DNA of 32,000 nt from Zestosphaera tikiterensis (GCA_003056265.1 NBVN01000003.1:126923-158922); one strand, 5' to 3'. Numbered from the stretch's first letter, positions 1-7,967 are shown. A program made the numbers and translations. The notes: a model not told the origin generated them from the sequence alone.

Positions 1-588
1 GGAGGCACTGCGGACATAGGGTTTGCGACGCTTTCAGGAGCTGCTGAAAGAAACGATAATATCATACACATATGCGTGGATAACGAGGCTTACATGAACA
101 CAGGCATTCAAAGATCTTCTCAAACCCCCTTAGGGGCTTGGACCACGACTACTTGGAAAGGAAAGAAGGAAAGGAAGAAAGACCTACCGATGATTATGTT
201 AATGCATAAAATACCTTACGTAGCTACTGCGAGCGTCGCATACCCCCTAGACTTCATAGAAAAGCTTAGGAAGGCAGCATCCATTAAAGGGTTTAAGTAC
301 ATCCACCTACACGCTCCATGTCCAGTAGGTTGGAGGTTCGACCCAATGAAGACCGTAAGCGTTGCTAAGTTAGCTGTCGAGACAGGGATGTGGATATTAT
401 TCGAAGCCATCAACGGGAAGGTAGTGATAAGCCCTCCAAGCAAGCCATACGTAGATAAAACCAAAAGAAAACCCATAAAAGAATACCTATCAATTCAAGG
501 CAGGTTTAGAAACATAACTGAGGAAATATTAAAAGACCTCGAAAGACAAGTAGATGAAAACTGGGAAACACTCTTAAAGTTTACATAA
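1..588 (+). CDS. 2-oxoacid (pyruvate-type):ferredoxin oxidoreductase beta subunit, 5'-truncated by the window edge
   Basis: Frame 1 is open from nt 1 (GGTADIGFATLSGAAERNDNIIHICVDNEAYMNTGIQRSS...). This is the TPP-binding segment and C-terminal half typical of POR/OFOR beta subunits. The ORF-track start at nt 76 is an internal GTG. Confidence 0.8.
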   Translation, partial: GGTADIGFATLSGAAERNDNIIHICVDNEAYMNTGIQRSSQTPLGAWTTTTWKGKKERKKDLPMIMLMHKIPYVATASVAYPLDFIEKLRKAASIKGFKYIHLHAPCPVGWRFDPMKTVSVAKLAVETGMWILFEAINGKVVISPPSKPYVDKTKRKPIKEYLSIQGRFRNITEEILKDLERQVDENWETLLKFT

Positions 589-764
589 AACAGGTTTTCC
601 CCTAACCTCCTTAATCAACATTACCTCAATAAGCTTACCCAAAAAGCCAATCAAACAAGCCCTCAAACCTTTAACCTAGTGTAGTCAGAATAAACATGGA
701 TTTACTTAGAAAATCCTTATCTTTCAAAAGCTAGAGGTTAGGCTAATACCTGATGAGGTCTTAG

Positions 765-780
765 AGAGTAAATTTACACT
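765..780. repeat. 16-bp palindromic box, copy 1 (AGAGTAAATTTACACT, one arm mismatch)
   Basis: Read directly. It shares 15/16 positions with the perfect palindrome at 851-866, and both copies are followed by TAAA. Confidence 0.85.
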
Positions 781-850
781 TAAATGAAGAAGCAAATCCC
801 TTATCCTCCCTAAAAAATAGGAAAATGAGTAGATAAGAAAGCGTGTTTTG

Positions 851-866
851 AGTGTAAATTTACACT
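851..866. repeat. 16-bp perfect palindrome, copy 2 (AGTGTAAATTTACACT)
   Basis: Read directly. The sequence equals its own reverse complement and lies 86 bp centre-to-centre from copy 1. Confidence 0.9.
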
Positions 867-996
867 TAAAAAGGTTTTCTGCAGTTTCTTAGTGTTCTTT
901 AAGCTATTGTGTATGCTATGTGAAGAGGGGTTTGAAGAAGCTACGATAAACCCACCTACGGAAACTAAGGGAAAAGCCGTAGCGGAAGCGGTTGAT

Positions 997-1359
997 TTAC
1001 TGCCCTGTAAATGCTTTTTCAAATGCCTTCTCAATAGCTTTCCTATAGTTTGTTAGACGTGTGAAGAGCTTCGTAAGAACTTCCTCTACAGCTACTTCAT
1101 ATTCGATTCTTTCATCTTTTGATAATTTCTTAAAAGCTTTAAGTAGTGAGTTGATTGCTGTTTCGATATAGTCTTGATCCTCTATGTTTGTAAGTTCTAA
1201 GTCGTGGAGGGCTTCAACCCTAACGTATCCATCTAAAGGGCCTACGTAGCAGTACGTAACACCCTTCGTCTCCGGGTTGTAGTGCCTGTAGTAGACGTAC
1301 CTCCTGCCACTAATCACACGCACAATTCGAGACCCGCTCCTACCACATTTAGGGCACAC
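997..1359 (-). CDS. Small Zn-ribbon protein with an SSV-type-integrase-N-terminus-like beta-hairpin motif; function unknown
   Basis: 120-aa ORF. It has an N-terminal CPKCG, then GRRYVYYRHYNPETKGVTYCYVGPL. This parallels GKLYVYEQYRVGGKVITNYVAPL in the tRNA-overlapping ORF at 8014-8373 and the G+YYVY...YVGPL motif of fusellovirus-type integrase N-termini. The C-terminal half looks helical. A palindromic box lies 24 bp upstream of the ATG. Confidence 0.6.
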   Translation of the reverse strand: MCPKCGRSGSRIVRVISGRRYVYYRHYNPETKGVTYCYVGPLDGYVRVEALHDLELTNIEDQDYIETAINSLLKAFKKLSKDERIEYEVAVEEVLTKLFTRLTNYRKAIEKAFEKAFTGQ

Positions 1360-1382
1360 GCTGTCTATTCCTAACCACCCAC

Positions 1383-1398
1383 AGAGTAAATTTACACT
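1383..1398. promoter_or_regulatory. 16-bp palindromic box, copy 3 (AGAGTAAATTTACACT), over the predicted promoter/TSS of the 997-1359 ORF
   Basis: Identical to copy 1. It sits 24 bp upstream of the ATG at 1359, and a TATA-like TTTATTAG (bottom strand, 1406-1413) lies just beyond it. Confidence 0.6.
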
Positions 1399-1591
1399 GA
1401 AGAAACTAATAAACCTTACTTTATCTATTTACTGTAAAAGATGCGCCTACATTATTTTATTAATGTGAATCAATAGAGTTTAAGTCATGATTGTAAGTTG
1501 TTAAATTTTTCACCTTAGTATAAGTAGATATATTACATGAAGTCTAATATCTGAAAACCAATAGATTAGATATTAAAACCAAAAGTTTTTA

Positions 1592-1613
1592 ACCCCTTTA
1601 TTTCCTGTGGAAC
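1592..1613 (-). promoter_or_regulatory. Origin recognition box (ORB), outlying copy
   Basis: The bottom strand reads GTTCCACAGGAAATAAAGGGGT: the dyad TCCACAGGA, a spacer, then a GGGGT G-string. Confidence 0.7.
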
Positions 1614-2015
1614 CCACATACAACCCACGAAGCCAACTTTTACATCCAAGTTTTGCAGACATTCAAAATAGCGTTGATTAAGCAACCGCAAGAAAATTTC
1701 GGGAGTGAAGGTATTGAATAATTATGTATGGGAAATCCAAAGGTTAGGAACCAACATTGCTGACCGCACTCACCTCATAATCTATTATGAGGTTGTTAGA
1801 AATAAACTACTTCGATACTCCAAAAGAACTGAATACATAGGAAAGCATTAAATTACGTAACGTAACCTAGAGAACCCTTTGCTAAAACAAAGCTTAATCA
1901 AAAATAGATTTAACGTACTCAAGAGCTACTGCGAAATAAAAATCAACACATAATTTGAAATATAGTATAAAATTAAGCTAATTAAGGCTTTACTTTAAGC
2001 ATTATTTAATTAACG

Positions 2016-2042
2016 CCCCCACCCCTTCATTTCCACTGGAAC
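2016..2042 (-). promoter_or_regulatory. Origin recognition box (ORB), left of the AT-rich core
   Basis: The bottom strand reads GTTCCAGTGGAAATGAAGGGGTGGGGG, the classical dyad TCCAGTGGA plus G-string. Confidence 0.85.
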
Positions 2043-2327
2043 GGAAAACCCTATTAAACACGTTAATTTCAACATATCACCTCAATGTTTTTAGTGAAGG
2101 AATTCAAGAATTTCTTAAAGAATTTCTTAAACCTTAAAATAAAGAATATATTACGTCTTATTTTTATTTTTTAAAATAATGTTAAAGTAGAAAATAAAAA
2201 GATGTTATTTATTATAATTCTTACTTAGCATATTAAATAATTATTAACTATGCTTATAAAATAGAATATCTTATATATAGAGATAATTATACAAACTAAA
2301 TCAATGCAATTTAAAATATGTTAATAA

Positions 2328-2356
2328 TCTCCAGTGGAAACAGAGGGGTGGGGGTG
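2328..2356 (+). promoter_or_regulatory. Origin recognition box (ORB), right of the AT-rich core, inverted relative to 2016-2042
   Basis: The top strand reads TCTCCAGTGGAAACAGAGGGGTGGGGGTG. It matches the 2016-2042 copy at 22 of 27 aligned positions. The dyads face the AT-rich core and the G-strings point outward. Confidence 0.85.
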
Positions 2357-2565
2357 TTTCTGGATTTATTTTTAGGTGTTTATTGGTGTTTTATGAATTT
2401 TATTTATATGTTATTTTGTAGTGATGTATTTTATCTGCTTTACATCTGGTTTTGTTTGAATGTTTTTGATTTTGTATAAAGTGTTTTAATTGAGTTGGTT
2501 TTACTTAATGGTGGGTTTTGTGGTGGGGTTTCATCGGTTTGAGTTCCTCTGGAGTTTTCCTAAGG

Positions 2566-2751
2566 TTATGGTTTTCCTATTATGTATGGTGTGAGGTATG
2601 TTAATATGATTACTGAGGTTGCGAAAGCTATTGAGAGCCATATTATCGTGTATGGTTTTATACCTACTTTAGATTCTACTTCTTCGAAAAATCTAACTAG
2701 GCCAGCACCGCTTGCCGGCCCTACCTCCCTTCTTTTTCTTCTGCTTGACAA
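2566..2751 (-). CDS. Preprotein translocase Sec61 beta subunit (archaeal Sec-beta)
   Basis: 61 aa. A basic N-terminus is followed by GPASGAGLVRFFEE...GIKP and a single C-terminal TM helix (IIWLSIAFATSVIILTYL), the characteristic Sec61beta layout. Confidence 0.75.
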   Translation of the reverse strand: MSSRRKRREVGPASGAGLVRFFEEVESKVGIKPYTIIWLSIAFATSVIILTYLTPYIIGKP

Positions 2752-2815
2752 CTTAAGCCCCTACACATCTTACTTAAGTTTAGTTATAAAGCTTTCAAAT
2801 TCTCAACGACTTGAT

Positions 2816-3088
2816 TTAATGGGGTGGTTCAGGATTTAAGTATTTCTTCTTAAACGCTTCGTTTAAATCTATGTTAAGTAGGTTAGCTATAGATGCTAAC
2901 CAAGCTAAAACATCCGCTATCTCCTCCTCACTCCTCTCCCTATCGTTGGATATAAGCGCTTCAGCTAACTCACCAACCTCCTCAACAAACCACGTAAAAG
3001 TTGCGTAAAGACCTCTAGCGGAATCCCTCATAAAGTAATACCTCCTCATTAAATCCTGAACCTCCTTAAGTTTTAAATCCTCCGTCAT
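2816..3088 (-). CDS. MazG-like nucleotide pyrophosphohydrolase (small, single-domain)
   Basis: 90 aa with EEVGELAEA ... EEEIADVLAWLASIANLLNIDLNEAFKKKY, the EExxE/ExxD four-helix MazG signature. Confidence 0.7.
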   Translation of the reverse strand: MTEDLKLKEVQDLMRRYYFMRDSARGLYATFTWFVEEVGELAEALISNDRERSEEEIADVLAWLASIANLLNIDLNEAFKKKYLNPEPPH

Positions 3089-3262
3089 TTAAACACACCA
3101 TTAAATATACGTAACTTAGTTAAAGATATATGCTATGTGATTTACAGTTGGTTGGGTTTGAAATGAAAAAGCATGATGATGGACAGTGTGGATTAAATAT
3201 AGTTTTTAGAGCGGTATTTAGTTATATAATAGTATGTTAATAGCTTTAGGGGAATAACCTCC

Positions 3263-4315
3263 CTATATGAGGAGGACCGCCGATCCTCTGATTTTAGCTC
3301 CTTTAACGAGTTTTAACGCTTTATTAACTTCCTCTAGCTTGAATGTCTTCACTTCAGGTTTGACGTTGTTTTTTAGAGCTATTGAGAGTAGTTCCTTCAC
3401 GTCTTTTCTAGTTACGTTAGCAACGCTTTTAACCTCTCTTTCCATCCATAGATGTTTGACGTAGTCTAAGTTCGTCGGTGTTTGCTTTCTTATTACGTTA
3501 ATCACTAACTTTCCTCCTCTCTCCAACAGCTCTAAAGCTCTACTCACCATCTCCCCTACGGGAGTGAAGTCGATGGCCCTATCTAGTTTTTTAGGTGGGT
3601 TTTCCTGCGGGTGTCCCGCCCATTCAGCACCTAACTTCCTGGCTAGGTCGCGATGTTCCTCACTCCGGCTGAATACGTATATCTCAACGCTTGGGTATAG
3701 CTTCCTAACAACTTGAGTTATTATGTGTGCTGACGCGCCGAATCCGAAGAGACCTAATCTAAACCCATCCCTTACGTCAGCTAGCTTAAGAGCTCTATAA
3801 CCAACAGCACCCGCGCAAAGCAACGGCGCTATCTCATAATCTTCTAAACCACCTTCACTCGGTATTAAATACGTGAAATCCTCGTAAGCTGTAGTATACT
3901 CCGCGTAACCGCCGTTTATATGGCATCCCGTCCCTTTAAACTCACTGCATAAGTTCTCCAAGCCAGACCTGCAGAACCTGCAAGTACCGCAGCTCCAGCC
4001 AATCCAAGCAACACCAACTCTATCCCCTACTTTAACCCTGCCCTTAGTTTCGAACCCGACTTCCTCAACCCTACCGACTATTTGATGACCTAAAACCAAC
4101 GGTAAACTACACTCAACCCTACCCTCTATGATGTCTATATCCGTATAGCAAACACCACACGCCTTAACTCTAATTAACACTTGATTAGGGCCTACCTCAG
4201 GTGTTGGCAGATCCTCCAAATCTAAAGGCTCTTCTTTAAGTGGTAGGTTAGGGTAACGCCTCGGTAACCCCTCCGCAAAAACTTCAGAGTGTTCTTTAAG
4301 GACTGCCGCCCTCAA
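3263..4315 (-). CDS. Zinc-dependent alcohol dehydrogenase (MDR family)
   Basis: 350 aa. It has the catalytic-Zn motifs CGVCYTD and GHQIVGRV, the structural-Zn Cys cluster CGTCRFCRSGLENLC, and a GLFGFGASAH Rossmann motif. Confidence 0.85.
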   Translation of the reverse strand: MRAAVLKEHSEVFAEGLPRRYPNLPLKEEPLDLEDLPTPEVGPNQVLIRVKACGVCYTDIDIIEGRVECSLPLVLGHQIVGRVEEVGFETKGRVKVGDRVGVAWIGWSCGTCRFCRSGLENLCSEFKGTGCHINGGYAEYTTAYEDFTYLIPSEGGLEDYEIAPLLCAGAVGYRALKLADVRDGFRLGLFGFGASAHIITQVVRKLYPSVEIYVFSRSEEHRDLARKLGAEWAGHPQENPPKKLDRAIDFTPVGEMVSRALELLERGGKLVINVIRKQTPTNLDYVKHLWMEREVKSVANVTRKDVKELLSIALKNNVKPEVKTFKLEEVNKALKLVKGAKIRGSAVLLI

Positions 4316-4373
4316 TTAACGTAACACCAGATAGATATTATTCGATACGACGTTAATTAAATTTAACCATACC

Positions 4374-5732
4374 TCAACGAATAAACTCGGTAACCTCCAT
4401 AGGTAAATCAAGGCATGCCCTCCACCTACCGTAACGTACTTCAGGCATTATCAAATGCTTAACCGCTCTATCCACCGGTACGTAAACACCTAAAGATACT
4501 TTCCTTTCCAAAGCGATTTCATCCCTAGCTAAGTTAGAAGCTTTAAAACCGCATTTAGGGCATCTCCACCCCTTACCTCGACCTAAGGACTTCATCCTAT
4601 GACCGCATTTAGGGCATTTAGGGTTTAAATACTTAACCCCAACGACATCTAACACGCTTACCTTATCCACATGAAGTACGGGCCCGAAACCCGTCCAGAA
4701 CTTAACACCGCCGCAAACCTCCACGCGATCTCCATCCATTAAAGCTTGAAGTACTTTATTAAGGCCTGTTTCTTTAAACGCTACGGCGTTAAGGGTTGAA
4801 ACCCCGTCAACGATTTTAATCATTACGTCACCACCTCGTAGGGTTGAGGGCCTACCTAACACAACACCTTCAAAACAACCTGTTTGGTAGGGTCTCACAT
4901 CATCTAAAGATCTCCTCACGTGGTGGGCGTTAGTTCCTTGATTGGTTTTAAACACTGCCCAACCTTCTATCTCCTCGCAGATCTTCAACGATTTAAAAGC
5001 TTTAAGAAGTGCTTTAGGGTCCTCACCTCTAATACCTAGAAGAACTGGATTACTTCCTGAGGGGGTTATGAGCGGCTTATCCTTGCTGTAGTCGTAGTTA
5101 AGGAAAGTTACGTGTTTAAACTCCTCATCCATAGCTTTAATCGATTCTACATCAACACACCTCTCTTTAAGGTAGTTGCTAGGATGTCTATAAACGATTA
5201 ACTCATAAGTACAGTCAGGTAGGTTAACAGCTCCAACGGCGGCTAAAGCCCCTACCAAACCCCTCTTTAAACCAAGGGGTGTTTCCACACGCCCGTTTAA
5301 TTCGTTAATTACGTTAACTAAGTAGTCCATATGTACGTAATCGGTTAACGCCTTAAGGTAGAGCTTCCTTAAAGGTTCCGATACTTCACCATATACGAAA
5401 GCTAAGCCTGGATCCACACCATAGCTTGTTAAGTCTTCATTAACGCGTGTGCTTACATACTTTAAAACTTCATTAACGACGTCCTTCTTCAAACTATCTA
5501 GAAGTTCCGTCGGTACCTTAAGCCTTAAGGCTAAGGCGGCATTCCCTCTAGTTTTGAAAGGTATTGTAGGGTTTAAACGTATTAGGTTTGGAAAATCTAA
5601 GGGTGTTACTTTAGAGTGTTTGTTAAGTATGTTCTTAAGTATTCTGTAAGTTACGTGTGTTGTACAACCTGAAAACTGCGTATCTACGTCGTCTAAGCCT
5701 ATATGGACTGTCGTGTAGTCGTTAACACTCAC
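4374..5732 (-). CDS. tiaS: tRNA(Ile2) 2-agmatinylcytidine synthetase TiaS
   Basis: 452 aa. The N-terminus reads HIGLDDVDTQFSGCTTH ... LIRLNPTIPFKTRGN. The C-terminus has a Zn ribbon, CPKCGHRMKSLGRGKGWRCPKCG. It overlaps the upstream RAM-domain gene by 4 nt. Confidence 0.85.
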   Translation of the reverse strand: MSVNDYTTVHIGLDDVDTQFSGCTTHVTYRILKNILNKHSKVTPLDFPNLIRLNPTIPFKTRGNAALALRLKVPTELLDSLKKDVVNEVLKYVSTRVNEDLTSYGVDPGLAFVYGEVSEPLRKLYLKALTDYVHMDYLVNVINELNGRVETPLGLKRGLVGALAAVGAVNLPDCTYELIVYRHPSNYLKERCVDVESIKAMDEEFKHVTFLNYDYSKDKPLITPSGSNPVLLGIRGEDPKALLKAFKSLKICEEIEGWAVFKTNQGTNAHHVRRSLDDVRPYQTGCFEGVVLGRPSTLRGGDVMIKIVDGVSTLNAVAFKETGLNKVLQALMDGDRVEVCGGVKFWTGFGPVLHVDKVSVLDVVGVKYLNPKCPKCGHRMKSLGRGKGWRCPKCGFKASNLARDEIALERKVSLGVYVPVDRAVKHLIMPEVRYGRWRACLDLPMEVTEFIR

Positions 5733-5983
5733 TTCTTTTGAGTTACCTCCCTACCCTCGACAACTATCATAGTTAACGTTGATCTAACGTTAGGTATCCT
5801 TCTAATCTTACTGGATATTATCTCCTTTAAAGCTTCTGTTGTCGGCGCCCTAACCTTAGCTACGATGTCGTACACACCATACACTATATACGTTTCGGTA
5901 ACCCCCTCTATAGTGCTTAATGTGTTCATAACCTCCTCTTCCGTGCCTATATCCGTGTTTATTAACACTATAGCTTCGGGCAT
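5729..5983 (-). CDS. Stand-alone Lrp/AsnC-type ligand-binding (RAM) domain protein
   Basis: 84 aa with a beta-alpha-beta-beta-alpha-beta type sequence (AIVLINTDIGTEEEVMNTLSTIEGVTETYIVYGVYDIVAKVRA...). Its stop overlaps the tiaS start. Confidence 0.65.
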   Translation of the reverse strand: MPEAIVLINTDIGTEEEVMNTLSTIEGVTETYIVYGVYDIVAKVRAPTTEALKEIISSKIRRIPNVRSTLTMIVVEGREVTQKK

Positions 5984-6012
5984 ACTTACACCCTATAAAA
6001 TAAGAGGTGAGG

Positions 6013-6025
6013 CTATATAAATTTT
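6013..6025 (+). promoter_or_regulatory. TATA box for tsr3
   Basis: CTATATAAATTTT lies about 30 nt upstream of the ATG at 6052, implying a short or absent leader. Confidence 0.45.
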
Positions 6026-6051
6026 AAAGAAGAACATCCTTAGGTAGGGTA

Positions 6052-6600
6052 ATGGATGTAGATTGTTTTAAACCTAAGGTGTTTGTAGTTAGGTTGGAAG
6101 GAGATAATCCGAAACTCTCGACAGCCTTGAAACTCGTTAGGTTGGGGTATGCCACCCGAATAAGCCCTCACGACATACCTAAGAACTCCATAGTTTTAAA
6201 TCCTTTATCGACGAAGGTGTTAACCCCTCAAGACAGGGGTTTAATATGTCGTTACGGTTTAGTCGTTATAGATACTTCATGGAATACCGGTATAGAGTTG
6301 ATTAAGAAGGTTGGCGATAGCGTTAAAGCACAGCATAGAGTGCTTCCAGCGTTGAAAGCTGGAAACCCGATAAACTACGGCGTTTTAACTAAGTTAAGTA
6401 GCGTTGAAGCCGTGGCGGCAGCGCTATACATCACCGGCTTAAGAAATTACGCGTTGGAGTTACTTAATAAGTTTAAATGGGGTCCTACCTTCATAAACCT
6501 TAACCTCGAGTACCTAGAGAGGTATTCTCAAGCACGAAACGAGGATGAAGTACTTAAAATCCAGGAGGAAATACTTAATAAACACTTACGCGTTGAGTAA
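6052..6600 (+). CDS. tsr3: 16S rRNA aminocarboxypropyltransferase Tsr3
   Basis: 182 aa with the Tsr3/DUF367 motifs VVIDTSWN, AGNPINYG, KLSSVEAVAAALYI and KWGPTFINLN. Confidence 0.85.
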   Translation: MDVDCFKPKVFVVRLEGDNPKLSTALKLVRLGYATRISPHDIPKNSIVLNPLSTKVLTPQDRGLICRYGLVVIDTSWNTGIELIKKVGDSVKAQHRVLPALKAGNPINYGVLTKLSSVEAVAAALYITGLRNYALELLNKFKWGPTFINLNLEYLERYSQARNEDEVLKIQEEILNKHLRVE

Positions 6601-6640
6601 GCATTAAAAATAGATAATAAGGTTGAAAACTTCTTTATTT

Positions 6641-6960
6641 GGCGGAGCCGGCTGGCAACCACGGGGTAATCCTGAGGAAGCACCGCCCTCCGCGCGGCGC
6701 GGGAACCCCGTAAGGGGTGCGGGGAGACCCGCGGCTCCGGCACAGAAACGACACGGCCGCCCTCGGATGTCTATGATGCGGTGAGGACATCCCGGTAACG
6801 GGGTGTCAGTAACCCGCTGAGTATGGGGGCGGATGCGTTGAAACGGCCGCCCTCCCGGGAGTAAGGCCAAGCAACGCCTATGAAGGCCGCGTGAGGCGTG
6901 GGTAGGCCGTTTAGCTAAATGTTGCCGTAGTACAGAAGGCGGGCTATAGCCGGCACCGCC
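6641..6960 (+). ncRNA. rnpB: RNase P RNA (archaeal type A-like)
   Basis: A 320-nt GC-rich island in AT-rich DNA. The 5' GGCGGAGCCGGC pairs with the 3' GCCGGCACCGCC (P1). A CRI-like GAGGAAGCACCGCCC pairs with the CRV-like ACAGAAGGCGGGCUAUAG (P4). Internal ACAGAAAC and GGUAAC motifs are present, and A/T-rich TATA-like sequence lies at 6604-6621. Confidence 0.8.
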
Positions 6961-7164
6961 TAAAAATGCTTTTACGTCTTTACGGCTTTCGGTGAAAGCA
7001 TTATCTTAACTAAACGTTTAAAGATATATGTTTTTAAATGTCTTAATGCTTAGTAAAGTTTTTATTGTTTAAAGGTTTTCAATCTTAATAACGTCGGTAG
7101 GTGGTGTTGAATAGGTAGTGGTTTACGCGTAGGTATCGTCGGCGCTGGTAAGATAGGTACTGCT

Positions 7165-7953
7165 ATGATAAAAGCGTTTCTGCAGTGTTTTGAAGGTATT
7201 CACGTTTACGCTAGCGGTAGGAGGGATGAGACCTTAGCTAAGGCTTCTAGTTTAGGTGCTGAAGCACATAAAGATAACGACTACGTAGTTCGTAATTCAG
7301 ACGTGGTTTTCCTTAGTGTTAAACCTTATCACTTCCCAGTGCTTTACTCGCAGGTTAATAGGGACTCTTGGGAGGGTAAGGTAGTGGTTTCAGTTATGGC
7401 CGGCGTTAAATTAGAAACTCTTGAGAAGGCTTTAGTAGGTGCTGAAGTTTTCAGGGCTATGCCCAACATAAACGCGTTTGTAGGGAGGTCCACCACAGCA
7501 GTAGCTACGAATAACGCAGCAGTGAGAAATGAAAGTAGGGACTTAGTCGATAAACTCTTCAGGTGTTTAGGAACTGTATATTGGGTTCCTGAAGAGTATT
7601 TGGATATTTGGACAGGCCTCGTAGGTAGTGGGCCGGCCTTCATAGCTGAGATAATAGATGGGCTTGTATTAGGTGCTGTAGCCTCAGGAATGTCTAGAGA
7701 GGTAGCCTACAACGCCGTATTAGATATGATCGACGGAACCGTAAAACTCCTTAAAGAGTTGAAAATCCACCCCATAGAGGTTAGAGATGAAGTTACGACA
7801 CCAGCGGGGACCACGATCAACGGGTTGAAAGTCTTCGAAAGTAAAGGCGTGAAAGCAGGACTTATGGAGATAGTTGAGACCGCATATAAAAGATCCGTTG
7901 AGATAGGTAATGAAGTCAATAAAGCAATAAAAACTAAATTACAAATGATTTAA
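7165..7953 (+). CDS. proC: Pyrroline-5-carboxylate reductase (coordinates from the first ATG; the true N-terminus is probably upstream)
   Basis: 262 aa with the ProC body (SVKPYHF..., C-terminal TTPAGTTI). The Rossmann motif VGIVGAGKIGTA is encoded in-frame upstream (7129-7164). No ATG/GTG/TTG lies between the in-frame stop at 7108-7110 and nt 7165. Confidence 0.8.
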   Translation: MIKAFLQCFEGIHVYASGRRDETLAKASSLGAEAHKDNDYVVRNSDVVFLSVKPYHFPVLYSQVNRDSWEGKVVVSVMAGVKLETLEKALVGAEVFRAMPNINAFVGRSTTAVATNNAAVRNESRDLVDKLFRCLGTVYWVPEEYLDIWTGLVGSGPAFIAEIIDGLVLGAVASGMSREVAYNAVLDMIDGTVKLLKELKIHPIEVRDEVTTPAGTTINGLKVFESKGVKAGLMEIVETAYKRSVEIGNEVNKAIKTKLQMI

Positions 7954-7967
7954 AACATTCCTAAGAT

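Larger units (their letters stand above)
1590..2360. other. Replication origin (oriC-type): three ORB elements plus an AT-rich unwinding region
   Basis: See the three ORB features. The interval 2043-2327 has no ORF and is extremely AT-rich, with a tandem 12-bp repeat AAGAATTTCTTA x2 at 2106-2129. The whole interval 1360-2565 is ORF-free. Confidence 0.8.

Noticed and set aside
216-476. 86-aa ORF antisense to the OFOR beta gene, plus other short antisense ORFs (3267-3464, 5449-5649, 7344-7643, 7707-7919, 8575-8775, 9801-10312, 12015-12257, 12525-12713, 14428-14709, 14941-15180, 15532-15843, 23333-23536, 24095-24298, 25040-25231, 25967-26158, 27524-27895, 28644-28910, 29452-29787, 2582-2839)
   Set aside because: Each overlaps a much better-supported gene on the other strand and has a low-complexity or motif-free translation.
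750-800. Possible box C/D sRNA (CTGATGA at 750-756, TGAAGA at 785-790)
   Set aside because: No CUGA D or D' boxes occur at the required 12-nt spacing, and the segment is better explained by the palindromic operator.
810-1034. 74-aa ORF (-) downstream of and overlapping the Zn-ribbon ORF; considered as a frameshifted continuation (possible integrase body)
   Set aside because: The translation has no recombinase motifs (no R..HxxR..Y) and runs across the two palindromic boxes. It is more likely non-coding.
6528-6870. ORFs 6528-6743(-) and 6604-6870(-), with Arg/Pro/Gly-rich translations
   Set aside because: They lie entirely inside the GC-rich RNase P RNA gene. The low-complexity R/P/G composition is what a GC-rich structural RNA gives when translated.
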